A stretch of DNA of 64,000 nucleotides from Eledone cirrhosa (GCA_964016885.1 OZ024740.1:168144001-168208000), one strand, 5' to 3'. Numbered from the stretch's first letter, positions 13,767 through 30,120 are shown. Notes: generated by a model from the letters alone, not told the origin. Program-made: numbers and translations.

Positions 13767-14376
13767 AAGTATATATGTAAAACAATATAAACGTATGAAT
13801 GAATTTATCACAACTCACTTATCAGTGACACAGATTACAGACTAAATTGATGCTCCCTCCATTATATCGTTATTGTTTAGTCCCACTTCGGATCAAATAG
13901 ACTTATAGTAAGAGACGTTCCAGCCATTATAATTCTTTTTTCGTTTTTGTCACCTACGATTTGAGTAAGATTTTACTGCTATTTCTAGCAGGTCGAATGG
14001 TCACGTAGAGGCTCCCTCATTGTCTCATAAATCAATTTGTCTGAGACAATAGCGTAGTCTTAATCCGTTTTCTCCCGTAGTCCATTCAGCCGGTAGATAC
14101 CTCGTGTGGTGGAGGTGGCGGCAGCGTCGTTGACGCCGTCGTCGCCATTACCCCTTTGTTGTTTAGTCTTAAGTCAGCCCTGATAAAGCAGATCTATGCT
14201 CAAGCGCATACTAGTTATGACATCCGGGGTTGTTTTTTCAGACTCCTCCTGCCATCTTTTGAAATGGTAGCTTGTGATATGAGGGAGAGTCTGGTGCCAT
14301 TTCGTGCGGTCATATTGATATTCTCTCGAAGGCTCAAGTACCTTGTGACCTTGATTCACTTTGATCCAATGTTACA

Positions 14377-14440
<64 letters not shown>

Positions 14441-15000
14441 ATCTATTTATCTATCTATCTCTCTCTCTGTATATATAAACTACAATAAAGGGAGGAGTGC
14501 GGGACAGCGTTCAGAATATATTTTTTATCCCGTTTGTAAAATAAGTTGAATTACTTTGAATTACTTTGAATAAATAATGAATGAATATTACATAATTTAT
14601 CTACTAAATTTCGTTATTCTTGATTAAATATAAATAATTTTGTCACTTATTTTAAAATTTTCAAATGTTAACACTTCCGGTTAGCGATCGCTTAAATAAA
14701 CAGTCATATATTTCCGTCAATGGATTACGTTACTGATTACATAAGACAGTGTAATGCAGTCTTCGTTCAATTTCTGTGTATATTGTCAATTACGATTTTA
14801 TTTGATGTATCATATCTACATGTATATATACTTGCGTATAATATCAATATACACACTACACAGGCTAGCAGAAAACCACCTGAGGGTGGTTTTTCTGCTA
14901 GTATATATAATAAAGGTGTGGTAAGATACCATAACGCACCAGAGTACGGATCTAGCTGTTGACACGGCCGGAGCTCGGCTGTCGGGATCCTGACACTTTT

Positions 15001-15093
<93 letters not shown>

Positions 15094-15222
15094 GTGTGAG
15101 TGTGTGTGTGTATGTGTGTGTGTGTGTGTGTGTGTAAAAGGTAAACAGAAATAACAACACAATCGGTACAGTATATCGAAGGAATATTTTAGGTTAACGC
15201 ATATATATATATATGTGTGTGC

Positions 15223-15253
<31 letters not shown>

Positions 15254-15699
15254 CCACTATTATACATATATAATTCTTTTCTAATTATTAAATTAAGATG
15301 TTATTAAACTTACTGAAGGGTTTAAGCTCAACTTTGAGCACTACAAGGAACGTAGTTTTCCAGTGTCTCCAATCTGTGCTCATTGCATCCAATGAAGTAC
15401 TGAACAAGCGAGGTGACCGAAGAAATATTTCCCATAGTTCGTTCTTGTATTTCCCTGTGATATGAGATGTTCTGGAGTACTTTTTCTCTGAGGTTATTAA
15501 AATTATCGTTTTCGAGCTTTGGTCTGAAATGGTTGCGACGAAAAACAATTACCGAGAATCAAATCATTTCATTTGACGTAAACGTTCAAATTCAGTGTTC
15601 GAAACATAAATGAAGGAGTGTCAGCTCTTATTGTAAATGAATGACTGCCAGCCTTCCGCCAAAATATACCACAAGGAACCTCATTCATTCAACATTCAG

Positions 15700-16190
15700 C
15701 TCTCTGTGGAGTATAGACCATTGTACACGAACTAGACTGCTCTCGCCACTCCATTCCAGTCGGCTTCCAGTTTTCTTAATTCAGCCTCAGTGTCACGCCT
15801 CCAGCTGCCACGGGCTGAACTCTTCTCCTCTTACCCTGCGGGTTTCAGGTCAGAGCTTGGCGTGTGATGCTGGATGCTAGTTCCCTGAGGGTATACCAAA
15901 TCCAGCTCCACTTCCTCTGCAGAATCTTCTTTGCCACTGGTTCATGTCCCGCTCGCTCCCACAGATCCGGCCATTTGATGTTGTAGATGAGCCTCAGACA
16001 GGTGTTGAAAATAGTCTGGATTTTCTGCTGCATCTTCTTTGTTGTTCTTCATGTTTCACACCGGTAGAGCAGTACTGCCTTCATGTTGGAGTTAACGATG
16101 GGAAGTTTAGTTCTTGAACAGTTCTTTTTTGATACCCAAACGTTCTTTAGCTTGATGGAAGCTGCTCTTGCTTTGCCAATCCTGGCTCGA
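15700..16190 (-). mobile_element. RTE-clade LINE 3' end fragment
   Basis: RARIGKARAASIKLKNVW..., QKIQTIFNTCLRLIYNIKWPD-LWERAGHEPVAKKILQRKWSWIWYTLR..SSITRQALT..PQGKRRR is the typical RTE C-terminus. Confidence 0.9.
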
Positions 16191-16947
16191 TCGGAAGTAA
16201 AAATAATCATTTCTTAGCCTTGGGTAAGCCTGGGTTAAGTTGACCTTTAATCAATGGCGTTTCGTCTGTGACCATCCTATCTATTTGTATATCCACAACT
16301 ACATTGTTCAATGTGTCCTTTTTTTTCTTTAAGACGGTATTGTGATTTCAGGTAGATTTGGTAGCTGTTTCTGGCAGGTCAAGTGACCCCATAGAGATTT
16401 CACGGTACTTTTGTCCCGCGTTGCTTTTGTTGATGTTATTGTTAATCTTCTTATATTTTCTGCTGCTGATGCTGTTACTGATAACGACGATGATAATTAC
16501 GACGATTATGATGATGATGCTGTTACAAAACGTTTGCTTTGTTATATGCACATTTCTCTGGGTGGTGCTTTGAACTGCACACTGACCAGTTCTCTGTAAT
16601 CCACCACAATGAAGAAAAAGGTGAGGGAACCTCTATATGCTCATACGATCTGTTAGAAATAGCAGCTAAATCTCTCTGAAATCTAATCCAGCCACCATAT
16701 AAAAACATTATGAAAGAGTACATTGGATACAATGTCTTTGTAAAAATGAGGAAATTGTTATGATTGGAATGGCTTTAATTCTGAAGTCTAGTTCAATTAA
16801 GGTCGACTTGGAGCAAACAATGATTTTAATCTGGGCATAAGACCTGCAATTTGTTGGGGGAGGAAAATCGATTGTAGTGACCCCAGTACATGACTGGTGC
16901 TTTATTTTATCGACTCACGAGGAATGGCAATAACAACAACAACAACA

Positions 16948-16997
<50 letters not shown>

Positions 16998-17289
16998 CAT
17001 TCTCTTTTTTTTAAGATGTCTTAACAATCTTTGGCAACATTCCACTAAACAAGGAAGTAGGAGTCAGTATTCGAACAGCCATTGTTTAACACCAGCTCAA
17101 TTCTGACAGAACAGGGAGACTTATGATGAAAGGCGTTTCAGAAATAATTATTCAGGTTATTGTTTTTCTTTTTTTCTTTCTAGCTTAGAGTATCTATATG
17201 TGCTATGTGCTGAGCCTCCGGTCGTGCTAATGAATATGACCCAAACTAAATAGAACACTGTCAATTTCGACGAAGCATGTTCCAGTTTT

Positions 17290-17545
17290 CGATCAATGAA
17301 ATACCTAGTTCATAAAACTAATGTGCAAGTGGTTGAGCATTCCATAGACACGTGTACTCTTAATGTATTTCTCAGTATGTGACAAATCTGTCTCTTTGAA
17401 TTACAGGTACAACTCATTTTTACAAGTTGAATGGAAAGATGCAGCATGAAATAAAATGTCTAAGTCAAGGACAAAACGCACAAATGGAAATCGAACTCAC
17501 CTTACGACCGTGAGCCGAACACCTAATCGTCTAAGCCACGCGTTT
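17290..17545 (-). mobile_element. Old tRNA-derived SINE (second family)
   Basis: Minus strand starts GCGTGGCTTAGACGATTAGGTGTTCGGCTCACGGTCGTAAGGTGAGTTCGATTTCC (A/B box-like). Its body is related to 17760-17900 and 36860-36990. Confidence 0.6.
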
Positions 17546-17579
17546 ATCTAGGACAACATTATGTAATATGATTTTTTTC

Positions 17580-17730
17580 CGGCATGGATGAAGGGTTAAA
17601 ACGCTCGCTTCAAAACCATGGGGTCCCGAGTTAGATTTTATTGTATGGCATCTTAGGCAAGTGTCTTTACTATAGCCTCGGGTTCACCAAAGACTTGTGG
17701 ATGAAATTGTGTAAACGGAAACCTGTCGGA
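17580..17730 (+). mobile_element. Old tRNA-derived SINE (third family)
   Basis: GGCATGGATGAAGGGTTAAAACGCTCGCTTC..GGCAAGTGTCTTTACTATAGCCTCGGG..GTAAACGGAAAC. Related copies at about 20623-20770, 21712-21850 and 36680-36810. Confidence 0.6.
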
Positions 17731-19266
17731 TGGGTTGAATCTGTAATTTATAAATCCAGCTTTATCATATATTTTGTCACGCTGATTCAGAATGTACGTT
17801 AAGGGTACACGTGTCTCTAGAATAATGAACCACTTTCGCGTTAATTCACAAGCTGGACTTTCAGTTGATCGAACAACTGAAGACTCATTGTTGAAACCAC
17901 CATACGGAAATTCCACCATGTCTTTCCTTTTTCTAAGAAAGTGGCGTATGGTTTTCATGGATATTCGACCGCATGTTCGGAAATATTCAGGGATATTTTT
18001 TTAATGTTTATTCATTATTTTTCTACACTACCAAGTGATTTAATTAAGTTTATTTCTAGGTTATTTTTGTTAATATCTTTTATTACCCCGCCACAAGCTG
18101 TAAACAGCTAATTTTTTCTTAGTTTCTTTAACTCAACAATTCTTATCCAAGGAGTAACTTCCTCCACACACTACCCAAGAGTTTCAGGATTCTAAGTGAA
18201 CTTTTTGAGATACTAGAAAAGAGATTGTTTTAGGTTGAAAAATTTCTATTTTATTATCATTTGTCACGTTTGTAAATTTCTAAAGGATGACCGACAGCTT
18301 GTTCAAATAACAGTATAAGGCCTCTTTCTCTTTTTCCCTCCCATTATCTCCCCCCTCCCCCTCTCTCTCTCTCTCTCGCTCTCTCTCCCTCTCACTCTCT
18401 CTCTCTCCTTTTCTCTCTATCTCTCTGAAGGGATAAACGACAGATATAGAACAACGGAAGTTTTAAAGATAGATAGGAAGATCCCCTGCACAAATAAATG
18501 CTCTTTTAAAGTTTTAAGTATTTATTAGATGTATATATATATCAATAGGCCGTGAGCTCCTAGTAGAGATGCAAGGACATTTAAAATTTGACCTAGCTCA
18601 TTTCTTCCCTTGTTTGAATACAGCCGATTTCTGCAGAGGAGGAGGGGGTGAGAAGAAGAAGAAGAAGAAGAAGAAGAAGAAGAAGAAGAAGAAGAAGAAG
18701 AAGAAGAAGAAGAAGAAGAAAGTTAAACAACTGCTACAAATTATTATTAAGCAAGATGGATGAGGTGGTACACGAAGACATGATAAATCCGAAAGGAAAC
18801 GATGAATAAGTAATAAAGGGTGATCGGAGCTAAAGTATGAAGAAGGAGGTAGAGGAGAAAAGATCATATTAATGAGAGATACTGATTGTATTAAGTTATG
18901 AAATCTCTTTATGTCCACACAGTTGTATTAAACAACAGTGAGTGTCTCTATATGTGAACACCCAACCTACTAGAAATAGCAACCAAATTTCCCTCAAAGC
19001 ATACCTTAACATATTAAAGTGGAAGGGCACATTATATATATAATGTTTTCTCAGATACACTGTGTCTAAATGATAGATGGAATGGTCACAGCTGGCACTA
19101 ACAACAGTTATATTACGCTACGGCAGAGCCTATAAGAGATGATTTCAGCAAGTAGATTCATCAGGGACCCGATGAACGATAGAGGAGTTTGGGAATATCT
19201 GATGACACCTAACCCAATAATAAAAAGAACGCCTATTTCCCTTGAATATTTAGAGACGGGAAAATA

Positions 19267-19594
19267 CAGTGTACCCCTGCATTCACGGTCCCGGTTATTC
19301 GCGGAATTTTCCTCAGAACCTAACTAATAATTGTTCGTGGAAACCAGCGCATATTCGCGAAATCGTAAATATCTTCCGCGATTTTGTTATGGCTTTTTTC
19401 GTGGCAATATATATTTTTTCACCCGTTCTAACGCTAAATTATTAATAACAATATACAGTATTTGCCGGCCTCTATTTCACGTTATGTTTTGACGTTTATA
19501 ATGATTTTTATGGACCACTTTCAATATTCGCGAATTTTTCACTCTTCGCGGGTACTTTAGGAACGAAACCCCCGCGAATACCGGGAGACAACTG
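19267..19594. mobile_element. pogo/Tigger-like MITE
   Basis: TA-CAGTGTACCCCTGCATTCACGG at left and CCGCGAATACCGGGAGACAACTG-TA at right (imperfect TIRs, TA duplication). Internal repeated TATTCGCG motifs, no ORF. Confidence 0.8.
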
Positions 19595-19727
19595 TATTCT
19601 TGTTCTGCCTCGCAATACCCTGGGCTACGAGTAAAGCTGAAAATAAACCAAACTAAAGGGCCGAATTCGACACTAATCTGTGATCATTTTACTTCTCTTA
19701 CATTAAATATTCTGGGAAAATGTATTA

Positions 19728-20614
19728 TCTACATATATAAAACTGAGGATGTCTGTCTGTGTGTGTGTGAGTTTGAATCCCTAAAACTCGAGAACCACCT
19801 AACCGACTCTTTTCAAACTTTACACATGTAATACTTATGTTTCGGGGAGTGTTCTGAGCAAAATAAATTTCAAATTTTCAATGCCCTCTCTATAATTTTT
19901 AGTCTTTCTCTTTTTAGATAGATACATACATATAACGTCGCGCCCTTATAATATCTGTCTGTATGTCTGGCTGTCTGCATTACGGCACTTCTCTAAGGAT
20001 GTCTGTCTGTGTGTATGTGTGTGTGTATGTGTGTGAGTTTGAATCCCTAAACCGATATTTTTCAAACTTTACATGTGTATTACTTATGTTTCAGGGAGTG
20101 TTATGCACATAAAAAGAATTTAACACGTTTATCTCCTAGGGCCCGCATTAGGTGAAAAACTGCGTTTTTTAAGCTTTTTATGGGTTTTTTGAGGCGTTAC
20201 GTCAAACCGATTTCCTTGAAATTGTAACTATGTATTAGTCAGTCTTCTTTATACCGTGAGCAAAGAAAATCCCACTTTTTTATGGCCTAGGGCCCGCATT
20301 AGGTGAAAAACTTCATTTTTTCAGCATTTTAGGGCTTTTTAGAGGCATTACGTCTAGCCGATTTTCCCGAAATTTCAAAGCATATTATGCACATAAAAAA
20401 AATTCATTTTCTTGATCCCTAGGGCCCGCATTAGGTGAAAACCTGCATTTTTCCTGATTCATCGAGGAAAATCTTAAAGATTATCTAGCCATCAGAGTAT
20501 TCGGTTTATTTTCTTTACATAATGTCCAGGCATGCAGTTTTTCCACGATTAGGTCTGTTGGCAACCCGCGTTCCAAAATACCTTATCCCGTGCAACGCCG
20601 AGCACCACTGCCAG
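19728..20614 (+). mobile_element. Non-autonomous Helitron, copy 1
   Basis: Starts A^TCTACATATATAAAA, ends GTGCAACGCCGAGCAC (hairpin) CACTGCCAG^T. No TSD. Internal repeats CTAGGGCCCGCATTAGGTGAAAA. Colinear with 37468-38405. Confidence 0.88.
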
Positions 20615-21037
20615 TATACAATAAGGCATGACTGCGTGGTTAAAGAGTTAGCTCCGAAACCACATGGTTTCGGGTTCAATACTACAGTGTGATACTTTCA
20701 CCACTTTGGAAACTTATGGTTTGGGGTTGAGCACTGTGGAAACTTCTGAATGAAATTTGGTAGACAAACTATTTGACTGCTCCTTTATTTTATTGGAGAA
20801 TACAAGGTAAAGTTGACATTGTTGGTATTTGAATTCAAAGCATTGTCCAACTCGTTTATGATTCCATAATTTACCGCCTTTGATGTAAGCTAAATAGTAA
20901 ATTACTCTTATAAATTTCAGACCTTACGTCTATACAAGCTATCACCTTTCTTCAAAGTTATGTATAAAGTCACATTTATTGGCAAGGAAACATTAAGTTG
21001 CACATGTCCGAACTTGAAACGAAAATGATACACATAT

Positions 21038-21114
<77 letters not shown>

Positions 21115-22809
21115 CACACACCGACAGACACACACACATACACATATATATGTGTGTATGTTTATATAAATATATATACACACATCTGTATATATATGTG
21201 CATGTGTGTGAACGTGTGTGTGTATATATTTACTGTTTGCTTATGTCTCATAACATGTCGGTTCCAAAAAAATAAAAATAAAATAAGACATCGATAAAAT
21301 AAGTACGACGCATAAAAAAAAAAAAGAATTACTGGGAAAGGGGAGCACCAGCATTGCCGTAGTTTAATGACTGAAATAAAGAAAATATTAAAAAGATTTT
21401 TTAACATGACTATATATATGATATTTGAGCTTGTAATAGTTTGTGTTAGTATGCAGGCATGATTAAGTGGTTTTGCCTTTCATCCTTTCGAGGTCGATAA
21501 AAAATAGTAGCAGTCTAGTACTGGGGTCGATTCTTCCTCTATATCTCTTTCTCATTTCCTCTCTCTCACTTTCTATCTTTCTCTGGAAGAAACCTGCTCT
21601 ACTCAGGCCTGGAGAGGGATGGGCTCCACCTGGTTTTAAAATGCCCAAGAAATGCTGTATATCGATACGGTGCCCCTACGACTCTATCGGGAGTTATGGG
21701 ACCATACGTACATACATGATTAAGTGGTTAAAGAGTTTGCTTCACACTGAGATGGTTCTGGATTCAGTTCCGCTGTATGGCACACTGGAACACCTCAGAT
21801 TGACGAATGTCTTGTAAGTGGAAATTGGTAGACGTAAACCGCAAAAGCCCATTATATATGTATGTCTGCCTGCTTTAAAGTCCCGTAATATAACGGTTTC
21901 GGGAAAAAATGAGATTAATAACTAAGTATTAGACTTTAGAAAATAAGTATTGGGGCCCATATAATTGAATAGATCAAGGCGTCACCCTAGCATAACCACA
22001 GTCTTCTGACTGAAAGAAATAATAAAATAAAAGACTATCCTTGCGTAAAGACATTAAATTAATTTTAGTGATTAATTCTTTTACATCCTTACATCTTCTT
22101 ATAAAAATGTTTCTCTTCATTAGAATATTTATGGATGCATATGAATGTTTACGTACAGACGTGTGTGAAAAAAATGAAAGTAAAAAGAGCGGTTAACTGT
22201 AAAGTAAGATGCATAACCATTAGGCTAGGACGAACCTTTTTGGATGAATGCATTTGTACCTTTATGTTTATGTAAATAGATGGTTGATAATTCAATCCAA
22301 TACAGATCTTGTTGGAGGAACCGTTCCCTTGTTGACTTCTACCATTTTCTGTCTGGTTTTGGCCTTGTCAGGTGTGTAGCCGTACTCACTATGCTAGGCT
22401 GATTGCGGGTTGATGAATCTATTTAACCTACAGTTGGGGTGGATGGCCGTTGACTGAGCAGTTCATTCACCCCTTTGGTGATACATACATACATTTGAAA
22501 ATATGGCAACCAATATGTATATAACTAAAGTAGTAGCTGAATAGATCGGGTAAATTACTCCTGGAGACGGATAAAGTGGATAGAGACGAAGGGATATATA
22601 TGTGTGTTGTTTCAGCCAACTAGAAATAGCAGCTAAATATTCCTCGAATTGCACCCTACCGTCTTAACAATGTACTGATGCATTATCCATATAATCCAAG
22701 ACACCCCATCCCCAAGAAAAATGGAACGTTCATGGCTGGAACGCCTTTGATTGTAGGTCTGGTCAATTCAGAATGATCAAGGGCTAGACAACAACAACTA
22801 AATGTTTGG

Positions 22810-24870
22810 AGGTTTACCTACCTATTCTATTTATCAAGTAGCTTTTTGCCTCTGTCTGAATAGCGAAGGCATTTTCTTTTAGTTGGAGTGTGATGTATCT
22901 CTCACAGATCCAAAAGAACTTAAACTTTGTTTTAATGCTTTTGGTCCACTGGCTTGTCGGATATATACCCATGCATAATTTTCTGCAGGTGTGATGTTTC
23001 TTCGCTATGTTTCTGTTTAAGTCATATAAAACAGCTGTACACACCGAGCTTTTCTCTTACATCCAGAATATTGTTTTTACTGTGCCTCTGATTCCATCCC
23101 TTCGTTTTATTTAGATTCTGTGAGTGTCATTGTTGATGTAGAAGTCACTCTAACTTAATTCACTGCAACGACGTATATAATTCCAAGTTCTTATAACATT
23201 CGCCATTAGAGATATGGGAGATTTATGTTATTTATATTCACAGTCCTCATCTAGTCAACAATGTTTCTTCGATTGACAACTAAATATGATCTCTTATCCT
23301 GTTCAAACTCTAATCCTACATTCTGTGAGAATATCGTGCCTACCTCTGACTGTCTCAATCAATCCCTTGTCTTCCCTCGATCGGACTAAAGGATTAACTG
23401 CTTGGACCAACTGCGTTACAGACTATATTTCACTCTGCAATATTCTCGTCAATAAACTAATTGTATTTCTAGCGGTAGTAGTTGTTTCCCTTCTTAATGT
23501 TGTAATCAGGCTTTTAATGGCTTATACTATAACAGATGAGAACTTGTCATGACCAAGTGATTCTAGTATCCATCGATGGAGACAGTCGAAGAATGCCTTC
23601 TTATAGTCTAGCCATATACTTAGTAAACTTCAGCGATATTACTTCAATGCTTTGAGGAACTGTACATCACTGCCACATATTCATTTCTTTCTTCCTTCCT
23701 ATTCATTAGCCAACACGTCATTTTATTTCATAGAGAACTTGAAAGAATACATTTAAATTAACAAGAGAAACCCTGTAGAACGGGAAGTACATAAACTAAT
23801 AACCGACTATCCAAGCGCTTTCTGGTGATTTTTGAGAAAACTTTCACTTGTATTGGTGTCATGTGTTTTATGAGTGATGTTTAGAGAGTACACTCTCCGC
23901 TTCTCCTTTAACGGTTGGCTGTTTATTTACATAGCAGATTCTCGTACAGAGTAACTCCAAATCATCCCACAGAGGAGCATTTACAGCCTTAATTATATAT
24001 GCTACCATGTACAGTTTGGGTTTCATATCAATTTATAGTTAATAATCCCGCTCTAGTGTAATTTTTTACTGTAACAAAGTTTTTTCTTGCCATTCGTATT
24101 TTGTATTTAAGGATGGTGGCGAGTGTAGTTTACCAGCGGGTGTACATTTTGGATATTCTATCACAATGAGACGGCTAAGGATTCGTGAATTAATTATTTA
24201 CTTTATTTCTAATGATAATATCTACTTGTCGGATGATTTTCTATTGTATATCGATATTCTATTATAGGTCATTTATTTTGGTTGTGTTATCATTTCAATC
24301 AATTTCTGATATTTCCTTTTGTTGGCAACTATAACATAATACAGCAGGACATTCAATGTCTAAAAACTGGGTGTTTCCAATAGCCCTAGGTATTTGATAG
24401 CAGCTTGATCGATCACTAATAACATCAAATTAGTATATTTCATTTAGTGGTTTGTTGATGTCAACTGCGAAGGTTAAATCAAATTTCGCTGTGAGCTGTA
24501 TGTTTCCCTCATTTCACTTTGTTTGTAAATGTGTACAAGTTATAGCGACAGTCTTATCTTTATGGTAATGTAAACATGTTTGTTTTGATCGTGATTCCAG
24601 TTTTCAGACATTTTCTAGAGGGCAGAATTCACTGGGCTACAAACATTGTAATTAGCTGTGCATTTCTGAAGGTTGGTTTTGACATATAAAGTAACATTTG
24701 TTTTCCCAACGGCCGTAACCTGCTGGTGTAATTGCTTTGCACAGATATGTGAGTATTTGTGATATTTTACAGTCCAGTAGCTCCTCATCCATGTATTGAT
24801 TCAATTTAACAACTCACTGGAATTTCTGTTGACAGTTCTGTGACCTGCAATGACTAACCCTGGTTTCTTT
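22810..24870 (-). mobile_element. Decayed R4/Dong-like (restriction-like endonuclease) non-LTR retrotransposon fragments
   Basis: Minus strand near 23720-23580 reads NDVLANE*EGRKK..SLLSIWLDYKKAF, matching EQKGC...LSMAWIDYKKAYD. Near 24590-24530, with a frameshift, HVYITI/KDKT..TC resembles the RPDI.IKDK RLE motif. Confidence 0.6.
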
Positions 24871-24994
24871 TCTTGTAATTCAAATGTTATTTATCAGTTT
24901 CATTTCACTGCTTGATTACTGCTCTGATCTTCTTCAAAAATATACTTCTTTACATTTATTTAAAGGGGATTACCCTTTTTCTTTAACAATATTA

Positions 24995-25185
24995 ATTGTT
25001 TCTACTTTTGGCACAAGGCCAGCAATTCTCCAGTGCATTACTGGTACTTTATTTTATCTACCCCATAAGGATGAAAGGCAAAGTTCACCTCGGCGGGATT
25101 TGAGCTCAGACCATAAAGGGCCGTAACTCTATGCGTCAAAGCATGGTGTCCGACCCTCCACGGATACTGCCAATCCACCGCCCCT
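24995..25185 (-). mobile_element. tRNA-derived SINE, full length (family of 4005-4192)
   Basis: Reverse complement of the same consensus. Possible TSD ATATTAAT. Confidence 0.92.
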
Positions 25186-25643
25186 TATATTAATGGCAGA
25201 AGTTTTAGGGTATTTTTTTTTTATCGGATATTCAGGTGAAATGTGGTGCCTATGACCCTTTAAAGAAGAGTATTCAAGACTGATAGCGATAGGTGTATCT
25301 CCGAACCGGAGACAATCAAAATGTATACAACCGAATGGAATCCGCTTAAAACACATAAGAGGCAAGTGTTGCTGTGAGATGGATTAGGTTTTCCACCGAA
25401 GTAGGCGACGGCAGAATTTCAAGCCAGAAAAAAATATCGTAAAGCATTCTATCTAATGCTCTGACATTTTCAACAGATAGTACTTTATTTATCTACTCCG
25501 AAAGGATGAGAGATAACTTCAGCGATATCTGAACCCAGGACTCATGAAGCTGTATTAGATATAGTAATACACTTTGTTCAATTCTCTAATGAAATAATGT
25601 CTAGTCCTCCTCTACCGACACAACTGACTTTAACTTGTTTATG

Positions 25644-25725
25644 TATGTACGTACGTAAGTATTTATATATATGTACGTACGTAAGTATTTATATATATGT
25701 ACGTACGTAAGTATTTATATATATA
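25644..25725. repeat. 26 bp minisatellite x3 (ATGTACGTACGTAAGTATTTATATAT)
   Basis: Three consecutive near-identical units. Confidence 0.9.
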
Positions 25726-27140
25726 TTTTGTAAGTTCGTATTCATGTATGCTTTAGTGTTGGAGATAGGATAGGAGAGTATACATTGATATACATATATG
25801 CATGTATTCTGAACGCATCAGCAAACATGTCTGCACATGCCCTAATATATATTCTTTGAAGATCAATGCGGGTTTTATTAATCTCGGTCTGTGCCTAACC
25901 TAAGATAGATGACAAAAGAAAAGGGGAATTAATATAATGTAAAGAATATCTTCAAAGGCATAATACCTTCTTTTAAATATTTTACTATGGGTGTCAAATT
26001 TATTATTTATGCTCTTAGTTCAAATCCTTCCAAGATCAACTTTGTATTTCATCCTTCCGGGTACGATAAAATAAAGTACTAATCAGTATCTGGAGTCAAT
26101 CTAATCAGCTTTCATCTCCTCTTAAATTGATGGTCTTATGCCTAGATTAGAAAAAAAGCAATTAATATTATTTCTAAAATTGTGATATTATCCATACTGC
26201 GCAATCAGTTACGTAACGATATACTAATATTTAGCGAAAGGACTGGAAAAATAATTAGAAACAAAAAAATATTATCTTACGTATGTAAAATATCTGCAAA
26301 ACGATATAGTAATACGTTCTAAAACGTCACTCTCTGCACTCAGTAGAACATGTACACATGTATATATCATACACACATTCGTACATTTACATAAATATCG
26401 CAAGAGCCAATGACGATACTACTGTGTGATCGTTTTATCTCCTCTAAATACCAACCAAATCTATCATTATAGCACACCTTATTTGAAGGCCCTCTTCGGT
26501 CTTGGCTGAGACCAGAGGAAGATGTTTTGAGCAAGATAGGCAAATGCCCATGTATTTAGAAATTAGAAAGGGAAAGGTGTCTATAGCTAGACACCAATGA
26601 CGTCACAGGCGAAATCCGAATATAAAAGGTCGAACATTATACTGCAAGGCATCATGTCAGAAACTATAACAAATCTGCCAATCCACTGCTCTGGATTGAT
26701 ACTTTATTTAGCGACCCCAAAAGGTGAAATGTAAGGTTGATCTTGGTAAGATTTGAATTCAGTAAGCAGAGAGTTAGAATAAAGATCGCGAAGCATATTA
26801 ATCCGACACTCTAACGACTTTGCCAATTCGCCACCGATAATCTTGAGGAAAAGGAAATATAGATTCGACAATGTCTTAGATATACAAAAAACTACGACTG
26901 TCGTAACTGGAATTATTTGGATCAAAGGTCTGTTCGACCAGAGTTGTCCTAGGAATAAACAACAACATATTCTTTATTACAAAATCCTAGCTTAGTAGAT
27001 CTTTTGTTAATAGTTTAGTCAGGGTGATGGTGGTGGTGCATTTGCGTGTGTAGCAGATAATTGTAAATGTTATTGTAGTATTTGATCATTTAACTTACTC
27101 ATGAATAATTAAATGTGCTAGTTATTATTCACCTGGGAGA

Positions 27141-29120
<1,980 letters not shown>

Positions 29121-29121
29121 A

Positions 29122-29309
29122 TGCGGTGGATTGGCAGTATCGGTAGAGAGACAGACACCATACTTTGAAGCATAGAGTTACGTCCCTTTATGATCTGAGT
29201 TCAAATCCCGCCGAGGTTAACTTTGCCTTTCATCCTTACGGGGTCGATAAAATAAAGTACCAGTAATGTACTGGGTAATTTCTGGCCTTGTGACAAAAAT
29301 AGAAACAAT
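29122..29309 (+). mobile_element. tRNA-derived SINE, full length (family of 4005-4192)
   Basis: Matches the family consensus end to end. Confidence 0.92.
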
Positions 29310-29320
29310 TATATATATAT

Positions 29321-29351
<31 letters not shown>

Positions 29352-29678
29352 GCAAAAGTTCTATTTAAAATTGTTGGGATACAACAAGTAAATATTTTAT
29401 AACTGATATAAAGCACTCGACAAGTTTTTGGAGTAGATTATACGATATTAAATAAATGGAAACTATATTTATAAAACCATATTTATTTCATTATACATAT
29501 TTCAGGGATACCAAATTAAAATATGGTGTGCCTTCATCAGACAAAATACAATATATAAACAGTTTTATAAATAATTGTGATGAAGGCATACCATATTTTA
29601 ATTTGGTATCCCTGAAATATGTATAATGAAATAAATATGGTTTTATAAATATAGTTTCCATTTATTTAATATCGTATA
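29352..29678. mobile_element. Penelope-type pLTR fragment with palindrome (about 100 bp arms) and hammerhead-like core
   Basis: 29439-29540 is inverted at 29579-29678. Core (C)TGATGA-AGG..CCT-GAAA-TATG-TA. The same family is present at 44972-45160, both between TA tracts. Confidence 0.75.
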
Positions 29679-29850
29679 TATATATTTATATATTTATTAA
29701 AATAACAGATTAAAGTTTAAGCAAAGAATCGCTGCTTTCACCCTTAACGGGATCTTCTGAAACTAATAAAGTCAATCTGTAAACGCAGAAGTGGATATTT
29801 CAAAAAACGTTGCAACCAGAGGAAGACAGGAAGACGATACTTTGGTTCAT

Positions 29851-30120
29851 GGAAACGTTCCCTGGCAAAGAACGGGAAAAACGAATATAATACGTCATTA
29901 ATAGGAACGGTGAAAAACAATTACGCGCAAAGACAGAACCACGTTTATGGTATAATAGTGGTCGTAGACTAATGTTCTCTTAGGTGGTTCATAGAGACGT
30001 TCTCTGACAATGAACGAAAAACACGAAGATAATACGTCATATGTGGACTGGGGAGAACAATAGCACGCAAAGACAAAACCACGTAAATGGTATAGCTGAA
30101 ATCGTAGACTAAATTCTAAC
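29851..30120. repeat. Diverged tandem duplication, about 143 bp x2
   Basis: GA(A/G)ACGTTC..ATAATACGTCAT..CGCAAAGACA.AACCACGT..ATGGTATA..TCGTAGACTAA occurs at 29851 and 29994. Confidence 0.85.
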
